From Verrucomicrobiota bacterium (GTDB lineage: Bacteria > Verrucomicrobiota > Verrucomicrobiia > Opitutales > Cerasicoccaceae), in the NCBI GenBank assembly GCA_039818205.1, contig JBCBUK010000002.1, forward strand, positions 480,001 to 544,000: a stretch of 64,000 nucleotides of DNA. The letters are read 5' to 3'. The translations under genes and the position numbers were made by a program. Shown one piece after another: positions 26,200 through 35,708 of the stretch. Numbering within the stretch: position 1 is the stretch's first letter; every line of letters begins with the position of its first letter. The notes beneath the pieces are model-generated. The model was not told the origin of the DNA, did not search any database, and saw only the letters and a program-made list of their open reading frames with translations.

Positions 26200-29100
26200 C
26201 TATTGGTAGGTCACTTCGAGGCGCGGACTCGTGGCTCCCTCGGATGATGAAAACCATACGTCGTTGCCGCCACCGTCCATCGTTATAACGAACGTGATTT
26301 CACCGTTCCCAATGGAGGTGCCAAGGTCGATCTCTAGAGTATTGCCAAGAACGTATGAACCAGCGCTAAGACCCAGTTGTGCGCCTTGACCCGGAGCATT
26401 GGATGCAGTCAAAGTTGCCTCGGTCCAGGCCGGGTTGCTGTTGCCCTGGTAGACGCGCACCGTTCCGCTTCCTGCCTCGGTCGGCTGAAGGATAAGCTTT
26501 GCGCCGGTGACCGCACCGTTGATTCCATTGATATCGAACTTAAGGTATGACGTGCGGAAGTTTGGCTCAACCTTGAGGTTGCTGTCGTTGAACTGGGTCG
26601 TTCCCTGAATGTAGGCATCTTGGGTCGGTGTCTCGGTGACAGTTCCACCGCCACCACCACCGCCGCCGCCGGTAGTTAGGGTAAATGGATAGTCGTTGCC
26701 GTTACATTGGGCGTAGGTTGTCGAGCCGGCTATATTCCAGTCGCCGCCGACATTGTACATGAATGCCCTCAAGAAGTAGGTGCCAGGTTGTAAGCCAGAT
26801 AGGTCCAAGTTGAACGTTGCCGGGGTAGGACCGGTCGTTGCACTCACGGTTTGGCGAGAGTTCGCGAGCCAGGTCGTGGCCGATCGTAGGACCAGTACAA
26901 TATCGCGACTTCCAGTCGCCTCATAGTCGATGCTCACACTGGCGGTCGCACTTTGCTCGACAGATGACGGCAGGCTGCTGCAAACCAGCGTGTCGGTTGT
27001 CGACCCCGGTCCGCCACCACCGCCATCGGCGGTCAGGGTAAACGGAATGGGTGTGCTACAGTTAGCGTATTCGATTGAGCCAGTTATGTTCCAATCGCCA
27101 CCCACGTTATACATGAAGGCCCGAAAGGTATAACCGGTTCCGGCTGGTTCCCCTGATAAGTCGACCGTAAACGTCGCGGTCGTACTCCCTGAAGTCGCAC
27201 TGACTGTTTGGCGTGGGCGAACGGCATTGCTGCCTCCTGGCCTCTTGACCACTAGGACGATATCACGCGGACCTGTCGCTTCGTAATCGATGCTTATGGT
27301 GGCCGTCGCACTTTGCTGAACCGATGCCGGTAGGCTGCTGCAGTCGAGTGTGTCGATCGTCGAGCCACCGCCGCTACCGGGTGCAGTGAGGGAGAACGGA
27401 ATGGGTGTGCTACAATTGGCATATTCGGTTGAGCCAGCAATGTCCCAGTCTCCACCGACGTTATACATGAAGGATCGGAATGAATAATCGGTACCGACCG
27501 TTTCCCCTGATAAGTCGACTGTGAATGTGGCCGTGCCACTGCCCTGAGTCACCGTTAGTCGTGGGCGAACGACATTGCTGCCACCTGGTCTTTTGACTAC
27601 TAGGACAATGTCACGTGGACCGTCCGCTTCGTAATCGATACTTATGGTGGCGGTTGCGCTTTGCTCCACCGATGCCGGTAGGCTGCCGCACACAAGCGTG
27701 TCGTTGCCGCCACCGCTGGAACCGCCGCCGCCAAATAGAAGTTCAGGCTGATTTGCTGTTCCGTCAGAAAAGAAGGAACCGCTACCGCTCGTCGCCTTGA
27801 CAATGATGTCAAACCATTGGCCAGGAGGAAAGAAGGTGCCCAGGTCAATCTGGATCGGCGTCCCGCTCTGTAAGGCTCCATTGTAGGTGCCGATGACCAT
27901 GCCTTCGTCGGGGATCAGGCGTCTAGTGGGGTTGTTTACAAAAGCACCCAATAGTGCCGTTCCGGAGCTCGAAGGGCTGTCCTTCCAGCTACTATTGCGA
28001 TTCAACGCGATGTAAACCTCTAGCCCAACGTTTCCATTGGCGGTCGGGGTAAGCTCCAATTTCGTCGGGGTCTTTGGGTAAGCCTTACCGCCAGTATTGA
28101 ACTTGATATAGCTGGTTTGATTCGATGAAACCTGAAGGTTATTACTCGTGCCGAGAGTGGTTCCATTTACGAGGTAGGCATCGCGAAGCGGGCCAAGTGA
28201 ATCAATGCTATTGTCAACCGGGTTATTGTCAGTGCCATTGCCCTCGATCAAGACGACCCAGTCTTGACTGGATTGGCTCGGTGGTGGGCCGATAGTTCTG
28301 CTTGCGCCACCAGTGATGGAGGAACCATTGATCAGAGCACCGCCGGTTCGTGGGTTATACCACTTGACCGTGAAAGCGCCGGTGATGTTGTTCAAGTTGA
28401 GATTCTTTGTGCCACCTGTTGGCAAGAAAATGACGTATGTCTTCCCTGGATTGGCAAAGCAATAGCCAGCACCGTCGTTGTTGTTCGAATTACCGATGAG
28501 GTCATTGCGATTGTCCATCGTCCAGAAGGGAACGTGATCTTCAAAGAAGGTTCTGGCGTGGCGGCAATAATCCCAGAAGGTGTCCCACTGCTTGAGGTTC
28601 TCGACATCTAGATCGTTTTGAGGGTTCGGATTGGATGCGGGTCCCGGAAAACCGAAATACCATTGGTTGCCATAGCATCCGGCCATCAAAGCGCCCCACA
28701 GGGCTCTGCGACGAGCGTTCGTTTGAGTGAGGGCCCCTTCCGGATGATTGTCGAATCGAAGACCTCTTGCGGCGCCTCCTGTTTCGTCTGCGGCGACGGC
28801 CCAAGGTTTACCTGTGTTGGTCGTACCCACGACCCACTGTAACACGCCCTTGTGCACGTCATTGTGTGAGCCACCTCCACCCTGAAAGGCATAACCCGTC
28901 AACTCGGATTGATTGCCCACCAGGTCCCAGGGTGTGAGACCGTTGTGGATGCTTCTCGGGTGATTGTAGGGATCATTGTCCCGCAACCATTGAGCCATCG
29001 CTCTGCGTTGCGCGATATTTTGGGTGTTGCTGAACGTTAAAAATGCACCATGGGGCCCATTCTCTTCACCGAGGTTCCAATTGAGCGCTAGATGGTGACC

Positions 29101-30198
29101 AAAGCGTGCGATCAACTCGCGAAAATAAGTCTTTCTTTGAACGCCGACGGCACGATTGTCTAGCCAGGCTTCAACCTCGGTCTCCTGTAATTTGACATCC
29201 ATGTACATGCCCTTTGATTTGGCATGGGCCAGGACGATTTCCCACTGAGCAAGCCGGGAAACATCATATCGGACTTTCCCGTTCTCATTGTTCGTCGCCG
29301 TTAACCATGGGAAGACGTTTCCATCATCTCCATTCGGAATGTTGTGGGTTAAAAATGAAATGCCGTTCAAGCCTTTGCCGGATAGGTAGTTGATCAGTCC
29401 AATAAGGCCTTTTCCTTTGGTCCCGCTAGCCCAAGTCGGATCTCCGCTAGTCCAGTCGCTCACGTGATTGGGGTAAGTTCTGATGTATGAGTCCACCCCG
29501 ACGCCATCGTTCTTAAATGGACCATCAAAGTCCTGGTAGGCGAATAAGGCCTCAGGCGAATCGGTCCCTTGTTTGATGAAGTATTCGCCCGAACCCTTGA
29601 ACTTATAGTAGCGTTCGCCAACATACTCGAGTCGGCCTTTTGCGCGCAGGTCTGGCGCACTCTTGTTGTTTGCCGCGACATTAAAGGTATTGGTTATACC
29701 ATTGTATGGCGCAACGGGCGTGCCGCCTCCGTTGGCAGCTACGTTAGCTCCTTGCGTAAAGAAGATGGTGTACTCCCAGGTTCCCGTGTGGTCTGCGGAG
29801 AGGTGAGCGTGCCACTTATTGCCGGAAGAGGCCGATGTTTCGCCAGCATTTCCGTCTGCGGCGAAATAGCCAGGGACCCGGTAGGTTGTTCCCGTAGCAG
29901 GATGTCGAAACTCGACGTCGAAACGATAATTTGTGAATGGGTTTGGGTTTGCGGTTTCCGAGGTGTTCGGCCCCGTTAGTTCGAGGGTTGTGCGGTGCCA
30001 TTGCCTGGGCGTTGGTTCGCCTTCGCCAACGACGGTGACGCTTTGAGCGTTCAATGACGAAAAGCTGATTGAGAGAACTCCGGCCAGGACGCCGATGGTA
30101 CTTAGCTTGTTTGTGAGAAAACGCCGAACTATTGGACCCGGCGTTGCAATGGGAGTACAAGGGCAAAGCCCCCCAAAGATTTTGGTAATCATTTTCAT
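26200..30198 (-). CDS. Secreted DUF5060 / putative glycoside hydrolase with collagen-binding-like domain, three novel repeats and C-terminal DNRLRE/CBM96-like domain
   Basis: NPFTNYRFDVEF..VPGYFAADG, WNLGEENG, WYNPRTG, Gly-rich linkers, QDAYIQG..RTSYLKFD..WTEATLT..SSEG..PRLEV. Confidence 0.82.
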   Translation of the reverse strand: MKMITKIFGGLCPCTPIATPGPIVRRFLTNKLSTIGVLAGVLSISFSSLNAQSVTVVGEGEPTPRQWHRTTLELTGPNTSETANPNPFTNYRFDVEFRHPATGTTYRVPGYFAADGNAGETSASSGNKWHAHLSADHTGTWEYTIFFTQGANVAANGGGTPVAPYNGITNTFNVAANNKSAPDLRAKGRLEYVGERYYKFKGSGEYFIKQGTDSPEALFAYQDFDGPFKNDGVGVDSYIRTYPNHVSDWTSGDPTWASGTKGKGLIGLINYLSGKGLNGISFLTHNIPNGDDGNVFPWLTATNNENGKVRYDVSRLAQWEIVLAHAKSKGMYMDVKLQETEVEAWLDNRAVGVQRKTYFRELIARFGHHLALNWNLGEENGPHGAFLTFSNTQNIAQRRAMAQWLRDNDPYNHPRSIHNGLTPWDLVGNQSELTGYAFQGGGGSHNDVHKGVLQWVVGTTNTGKPWAVAADETGGAARGLRFDNHPEGALTQTNARRRALWGALMAGCYGNQWYFGFPGPASNPNPQNDLDVENLKQWDTFWDYCRHARTFFEDHVPFWTMDNRNDLIGNSNNNDGAGYCFANPGKTYVIFLPTGGTKNLNLNNITGAFTVKWYNPRTGGALINGSSITGGASRTIGPPPSQSSQDWVVLIEGNGTDNNPVDNSIDSLGPLRDAYLVNGTTLGTSNNLQVSSNQTSYIKFNTGGKAYPKTPTKLELTPTANGNVGLEVYIALNRNSSWKDSPSSSGTALLGAFVNNPTRRLIPDEGMVIGTYNGALQSGTPIQIDLGTFFPPGQWFDIIVKATSGSGSFFSDGTANQPELLFGGGGSSGGGNDTLVCGSLPASVEQSATATISIDYEADGPRDIVLVVKRPGGSNVVRPRLTVTQGSGTATFTVDLSGETVGTDYSFRSFMYNVGGDWDIAGSTEYANCSTPIPFSLTAPGSGGGSTIDTLDCSSLPASVQQSATATISIDYEATGPRDIVLVVKRPGGSNAVRPRQTVSATSGSTTATFTVDLSGEPAGTGYTFRAFMYNVGGDWNITGSIEYANCSTPIPFTLTADGGGGGPGSTTDTLVCSSLPSSVEQSATASVSIDYEATGSRDIVLVLRSATTWLANSRQTVSATTGPTPATFNLDLSGLQPGTYFLRAFMYNVGGDWNIAGSTTYAQCNGNDYPFTLTTGGGGGGGGGTVTETPTQDAYIQGTTQFNDSNLKVEPNFRTSYLKFDINGINGAVTGAKLILQPTEAGSGTVRVYQGNSNPAWTEATLTASNAPGQGAQLGLSAGSYVLGNTLEIDLGTSIGNGEITFVITMDGGGNDVWFSSSEGATSPRLEVTYQ
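26672..27702 (-). repeat. Three intragenic ~350-bp repeats encoding ~107-aa Cys-bracketed domains
   Basis: Units start at 27702, 27354 and 26994 (DTL.C.SLP.SV.QSATA..SIDYEA.G.RDIVLV ... FMYNVGGDW.I.GS..YA.C). Confidence 0.9.
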
Positions 30199-30357
30199 TG
30201 TAGAGACGGTGTTAGAAAACGAGATGATAAATGGAGCGAAAGACAACACCATTGAGGAGTTGCTACTTTAGCGTATACGATAACGAATAACAATGGGATC
30301 AAACGAAATTATGCGTCCAAATCGCGCGCCACTGCTGGGTGAGTTGGCGACTTCCCG

Positions 30358-32712
30358 CTACGCTCTTGTAAGTGTTCGCGAATACCGAAACTCGGCAGGC
30401 GACTCACCGACACCAGCTTTGAAGGCTCGGCATAGCTTCGACGAGTTATTGAACCCGGTTTTTGAAGCGACTTCCTTTATGCTGTCATTCGTCGTTACGA
30501 GTAGCTTGATTATCTTTTGGGTTCGCTCGTGGTGCAAGGCTTCAAGGAGGGTTAGTCCAAGCAATGATTTCGATCGAGCTTCCAGTTGCCTGCGAGACAA
30601 CGTGGTTGAGGCGACTACATCATTCACCGATATGTTTCGTTGGTAGTTGCTTTTGATAAAACGAATTGCTCTTTCCAGTTCCACATCGTCGAAGCCGAAA
30701 CTAGCTGTCGAATGCCTTTCTACGATCTGTGTTGGCTGGATGATGGGGGGTGCCGCTGGCGGCTTGTCGGGCTCAAGAATCAGTTGAAGTAAGAACTCAA
30801 CCATATCGTAGCCACCTTTGCGGAAACCGATGTCGATGCTGCTAATATTGAAGTTATGACAGTCGCAATATACCGCGTCGTTATCCGTTCCCAGTATCGC
30901 CAAATCCTGCGGGATGCGAATGCCCAGCCCCTGTGCCTTGGTGATGATCAATTTGGCCAGGTAGTCATTGAACACGTATAGTGCGGTTGGCTTGTCCAAA
31001 CGAGTCAACCATGCTTCGGTCAATTCGAGATGACTGATTCGAGAGTGGTGCACTTGCACAGCGGTAATACCATGTTGGCACAACTCATCGGTGAAACCAG
31101 CCTGACGCTTCCCGTGGGCCGAGTTGGCGAAATCTAAACCTGGCTTCAGCGATAATGGATCATAACCGCAGTAGGCAAATTTTCGATATCCCCGGCGAAT
31201 AAAGTATTTTGCTGCGAGGGCGCCCACCTTGGCGTTGTCGACAAATACTGGCCATGAGTTTTCAAGGCTGCGGTCGTGCTCGATTGTGACTAGCGGTTTG
31301 TTTTCCGCAAACCCTTCGGGAATGGTTGCTGAATCAACCAGGATCAATCCGTCAGATTGCTTGAGGCTTCCGTCTTCAAAGGTTTCAAAGTCTCCGGCGT
31401 CAAATTGTCTCGCGAATAATTCCAGTCGGCACCGAGAGTGCAACACCTGTTGGCCGGTATACGATTTGATATAGTGTTGGATGCCAGCAATAATTTCCCG
31501 GCGAGATTTTCCGCTAGTTGAGCAGATTATACCAAGGCTTATTACCGGTTTCGGCGGCGTGGATAGTACACATGGCATTGGGGTATTCGTGGGCTTGCGA
31601 AAGCGATTGCGGTAAGCGCCCGGTGAAAGGTTCTCGAACCGTTGAAAGGCATAGTGCAAACTGCCCGGGTCTCGACCAAACTCGCTGGCAATAGTTTCAA
31701 TACTATCATTCGTTTCTCTAAGGCGACATTTTGCCTTCTTGAGGGATGAATCGATGATCGTATCTTGGAGGGTCATGCCCAACTCGCTCCGAAACAAGTT
31801 TTCCAAAGTGCGTAGGCTGCATCCAACTCGGTTTGAGATTTGAGCAGCTGTGAGCTCTGGCTGGCGCAACTGGCTTATGATCTCCAGAGTCTCAGCCACT
31901 TTGTCGTTTGATGCGACGGTATGGCCGGTCGAATCTCTTGTGACTAAGACCGGTTCGACCGTCGACGAACTGGCCTGACCCTGCTCGATGAATTTCACGA
32001 TGCTCTCGGCGGCAAGATACGCGAGCCGTTTGATCCCGGTATCAATACTGCTCAAACGGATGCTGCCCAACGAGCATAGAATGGGATCATTATCGACTCC
32101 AACGATCATCACATCTTCCGGGACATTCAATCCAGCGACCTCACAGCCCTCGATGATTCTGATTGATCCGTAGTCATTGAAGCAGAATACGCCAATCGGC
32201 TTTGGCAGGCTGGTTAGCCAGGCAACTAGACTCTCGAGTCGGTCGAGTTTCTTTGTCTCTAATCTGGTGGGTATCAATGGGGTGTTAGAGCGTCGATATT
32301 CATCGCGAAATCCTTTCAGACGCTCGGAGCTTACCCGATTAATCGAATCATTATTGTCGTGGTAACCATCGAAATAGACGTAGGAAACAACCCCCTCGCG
32401 GTGAAACAATTCCGCAGCAAGCTCACCGATTCGTTCGTTGTTAATCATGAATCCTTCCTTGCCGAGACGGTATCTATCACTGTCGATACTGATGGCAGGA
32501 ATGTCGGCGGGCAGAGACCTTATAATGTCATTATTGCTGGATGTAATAAAGCCATGGTAGGAACGCAGGTTTAGTTTTTCTAAAATCTTAGGATGACTGA
32601 TTACATCGACGATATAGGGCAAATCATGCTCATGGATGAATCCATTTGCGCCATCAACGAGGTCGATGCCGTAGATGTTTTGCGTATTCGATAGGATACC
32701 TAACCTACGCAT
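30358..32712 (-). CDS. Tandem-duplicated XylR-type regulator (2x [periplasmic-binding-fold sensor + AraC HTH])
   Basis: Two copies each of N..GE/ALAA..F, WL..L.KP....FNDY, PED/QD..I.G.DND, SSID.G, and an AraC HTH ending SP..Y/FR. Confidence 0.85.
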   Translation of the reverse strand: MRRLGILSNTQNIYGIDLVDGANGFIHEHDLPYIVDVISHPKILEKLNLRSYHGFITSSNNDIIRSLPADIPAISIDSDRYRLGKEGFMINNERIGELAAELFHREGVVSYVYFDGYHDNNDSINRVSSERLKGFRDEYRRSNTPLIPTRLETKKLDRLESLVAWLTSLPKPIGVFCFNDYGSIRIIEGCEVAGLNVPEDVMIVGVDNDPILCSLGSIRLSSIDTGIKRLAYLAAESIVKFIEQGQASSSTVEPVLVTRDSTGHTVASNDKVAETLEIISQLRQPELTAAQISNRVGCSLRTLENLFRSELGMTLQDTIIDSSLKKAKCRLRETNDSIETIASEFGRDPGSLHYAFQRFENLSPGAYRNRFRKPTNTPMPCVLSTPPKPVISLGIICSTSGKSRREIIAGIQHYIKSYTGQQVLHSRCRLELFARQFDAGDFETFEDGSLKQSDGLILVDSATIPEGFAENKPLVTIEHDRSLENSWPVFVDNAKVGALAAKYFIRRGYRKFAYCGYDPLSLKPGLDFANSAHGKRQAGFTDELCQHGITAVQVHHSRISHLELTEAWLTRLDKPTALYVFNDYLAKLIITKAQGLGIRIPQDLAILGTDNDAVYCDCHNFNISSIDIGFRKGGYDMVEFLLQLILEPDKPPAAPPIIQPTQIVERHSTASFGFDDVELERAIRFIKSNYQRNISVNDVVASTTLSRRQLEARSKSLLGLTLLEALHHERTQKIIKLLVTTNDSIKEVASKTGFNNSSKLCRAFKAGVGESPAEFRYSRTLTRA

Positions 32713-33349
32713 GGTTGAGAATGCGTTGAACAAGGATTTGGGGCATGTTCGGATACTACTCAGGAACGCTATGAAATCAACTTAATGCGAAGCGGTATCT
32801 GCATGCAACCGAACTTGCGCGGTGAGTGTCAATTTATAGGTCTGATGTTTTCCGGCACTCGAATGAGCTGCTTTCGCAACCGACTTATTCCTGCGCGGCC
32901 CATCCTTTTGGTATCTCGCAGATCTTTCTGGACGCTGCCACCTTCCACGGGAAACTCTAATCAGGCCGGAACTTAAGAAGGGCAGGCGAGGTTAAACGGA
33001 AAGGCCTTACTGCTTGGCGTCACTTCTGATTCATTGAGGCCGATACGCGAGGTATGTTGGACCGGGCAGTCGTCTTGTTCTCCGTGCTATGCTGGCGCCG
33101 ATCGGGATTGATCGGCTCATTGATAATCAGCGTTTTATGGGTTCTAGTGGTGGTGTGGTCGCTGTTTCTATGGGAAAGTTACGCGATACATTTAGTTTGG
33201 AATGGCGACGCGCCATCTGATCTGTAAAAACGTATTGGATGGTTAAGGGTTGCGACTGATATATTGTTTTAGCAAAACTATTATCTGGGCTGAGTGGCTG
33301 GCCACAAAACAAGGCATCATCGTCAAGATCCACGAAATTATCTTCAAGC

Positions 33350-35470
33350 ATGACCTCTCCTTTGCATAACCATCTCAGGCGATCGGTTTCGAAAATTCGG
33401 ATGAAACCAATGCGGCCTTGCCTTGGGAGAATGGGGATTAAGCCGCTGTCGTTTCAGCCAGTATCATTTTTCGTTGTCCTCTTGTTTATTCCACTGATCG
33501 CCGTTGGTGCGGCCGATCCGGCAATGCCGGAGGAAACCTCGGACCTCGATAAACGCGCGGGCGCGTTTTCAACGAGTATCCGGACCAACTCTCCACTCTA
33601 TATCCCGAGTGCTGATAGCCCACGGGAGTCACTTGCCAAATTCCGGGAATTGACCCAAGGCGTCGGCGACGTCTTCCGGGAAGGCAGTTTTTATGGGGAT
33701 GTAAACTGGGAGCAAGAGCAGAAGCTCATCGACCTATATGGTAAGCTCGAATTCCTGATTGATACCAGCGAGCTACCGAAGGACGACGCCTACGCTAGAA
33801 ATAACATCATTATCTCTCAGATTTCGGAGGTTCTTGATCGCGTTTATTTGCCGCCGAGCGAGTACATTCCAGATAGTGAGGATGTCAAACAAGGTAATCT
33901 CAAGTTTTGGCGTATCCCTAATACGGCAATTTCATTTAGCAGGTTGGAAGAAGGACCCCGCGAAGGCGACTGGGTTTTCTCTTCGGACACCGTAGAGAAG
34001 GCCGATAAGTTTTATCGGAGTGCAAATGATATACCTTACCGCGAAGACGCTTCCGTCGGTGTAATTGGAAAGGAAGGTGGAATCCTTGACCATTACATCA
34101 ACTATACGGGCCCATTGATTCCCGCTGATTTTACCGACAAAATTCCGGGGCCGTTGCGCGTCCGCTTCTTTGGTGATCCCTTGTGGAAATACCTGGCAAG
34201 CTTGCTGATCTTGGCAATTCTGTCGCTGGCATTCTTCGTGATAAAACTCCTGACACGCTCTGGGGGCTCGGATGAGAAGAACGGTACTCTTTTTTACATT
34301 CGGCAAATGATCTTACCAGCGGCGATGACGATCCTGTTGCCGCTTACCGCGCACCTTATCACCATTGATGTTCGGCTGCGCCTGATGCCCTTGGAGATCA
34401 TGGACGATGTCCTGTGGGGGCTCTTTTACCTGACATCTTTCTGGCTTTGCGTGTGTGTGGGCAATATGGTTTCCGCAATCATCATCGCATCGCCCAGAAT
34501 CAGCCCATTCAGTCTGGATGCAAGTCTGGTGCGGCTAATCAGCCGTCTCGCTGCCTATTTTATTGGTTTCTGGATCATCTTCGAGGGCCTGCAAGACCTC
34601 GGGCTTTCCCTGGTTCCATTGATTGCAGGGGTGAGTGTCAGTGGCCTGGCCATTGCCTTGGCTGCGAAACCCACGATCGGAAACATTATCGGCGGGATCC
34701 TGATCTTTGCCGACAAGCCATTTAAAATCGGGGAACGTGTTGTGGTGAATGGCCACGACGGCGTGATCGAAGATATCGGCCTGCGCTCCACCCGTATCCG
34801 GACATTGGACGGACACTTGGTCACCGTACCAAATGAAGAGATTGCCAATAACCTGATTGAGAATATCGCGCGCCGTCCCTACATAAAACGCACGCTTAAT
34901 GTGACGCTCACCTATGATACGCATCCGGATAAAATCGCGCGAGCGATGCAGATTATCCAAGGTCTTCTCTCGACTGCGGAAGACGGAGGAAAAAACCCCG
35001 AGGAACTTGGCCGACCGACAAACGACCGGGTTAACATGGAAGATTTTCCGCCGCGGATTTACTTCAACGACCTGAATGCAGATTCGCTGAATATCCTCGT
35101 GATATACTGGTTCGCACCGCCCGACTATTTCGACTACCTCGTTCATTGTACTTGGTTCAACTCTGAGCTGCTCCGGCGCTTTAGCGACGAAGGCATCGAG
35201 TTCGCCTTTCCGACTCAAACCATTGATTTTCGCCAGCACAAGGAAACGCCCGCTGGCGATGAGCGCTCGCCTAGCAATGCGTCACCATCATCGCCCAGCA
35301 ATGCATCGCCAATCGTAGTGGAACCAGCCAAAGGTCCGGAGAAGCTCAAGAGCGAGGAGGCTCAGATTGAGGCGTTCGTCGAAGAAAACCGCGAGGAAAT
35401 TAAGGAGCAAGAGTCGGAAACCACGCAGGCTGAGGCGGAAGTGGAAGATGAAGCCAAAGGCGGCAAATAG
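33350..35470 (+). CDS. Large MscS family channel with periplasmic N-terminal domain (true start probably downstream of 33350)
   Basis: GLAIALAAKPTIGNIIGG..DKPFKIGE..IGLRSTRIRT..VPNE, GIEFAFPTQT. Confidence 0.9.
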   Translation: MTSPLHNHLRRSVSKIRMKPMRPCLGRMGIKPLSFQPVSFFVVLLFIPLIAVGAADPAMPEETSDLDKRAGAFSTSIRTNSPLYIPSADSPRESLAKFRELTQGVGDVFREGSFYGDVNWEQEQKLIDLYGKLEFLIDTSELPKDDAYARNNIIISQISEVLDRVYLPPSEYIPDSEDVKQGNLKFWRIPNTAISFSRLEEGPREGDWVFSSDTVEKADKFYRSANDIPYREDASVGVIGKEGGILDHYINYTGPLIPADFTDKIPGPLRVRFFGDPLWKYLASLLILAILSLAFFVIKLLTRSGGSDEKNGTLFYIRQMILPAAMTILLPLTAHLITIDVRLRLMPLEIMDDVLWGLFYLTSFWLCVCVGNMVSAIIIASPRISPFSLDASLVRLISRLAAYFIGFWIIFEGLQDLGLSLVPLIAGVSVSGLAIALAAKPTIGNIIGGILIFADKPFKIGERVVVNGHDGVIEDIGLRSTRIRTLDGHLVTVPNEEIANNLIENIARRPYIKRTLNVTLTYDTHPDKIARAMQIIQGLLSTAEDGGKNPEELGRPTNDRVNMEDFPPRIYFNDLNADSLNILVIYWFAPPDYFDYLVHCTWFNSELLRRFSDEGIEFAFPTQTIDFRQHKETPAGDERSPSNASPSSPSNASPIVVEPAKGPEKLKSEEAQIEAFVEENREEIKEQESETTQAEAEVEDEAKGGK

Positions 35471-35579
35471 ACCCGCGCCGGGTTAGTGAAAATGTAACCG
35501 AATCGTGCTCCTTAATTTGTTCCAATGTATCTCTTAGTCTAGCCGCGTCGATTTGAGGTGCGCTCCCCTGGCATTGGTT

Positions 35580-35708
35580 ATGATGTACGACGAAACTTTG
35601 ATTGCAGGATCACTAGCAATCGCCGTTGCCGCGATAACTGCGACTAAGACTTTCTTTGAATCCTGGAGATCGTTCTTTAATGCACAGACGGTGCATGGGG
35701 ATATCTAG
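35580..35708 (+). CDS. Possible 42-aa single-TM small protein
   Basis: MMYDETLIAGSLAIAVAAITATKTFFESWRSFFNAQTVHGDI; its stop overlaps the convergent M48 stop. Confidence 0.35.
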   Translation: MMYDETLIAGSLAIAVAAITATKTFFESWRSFFNAQTVHGDI

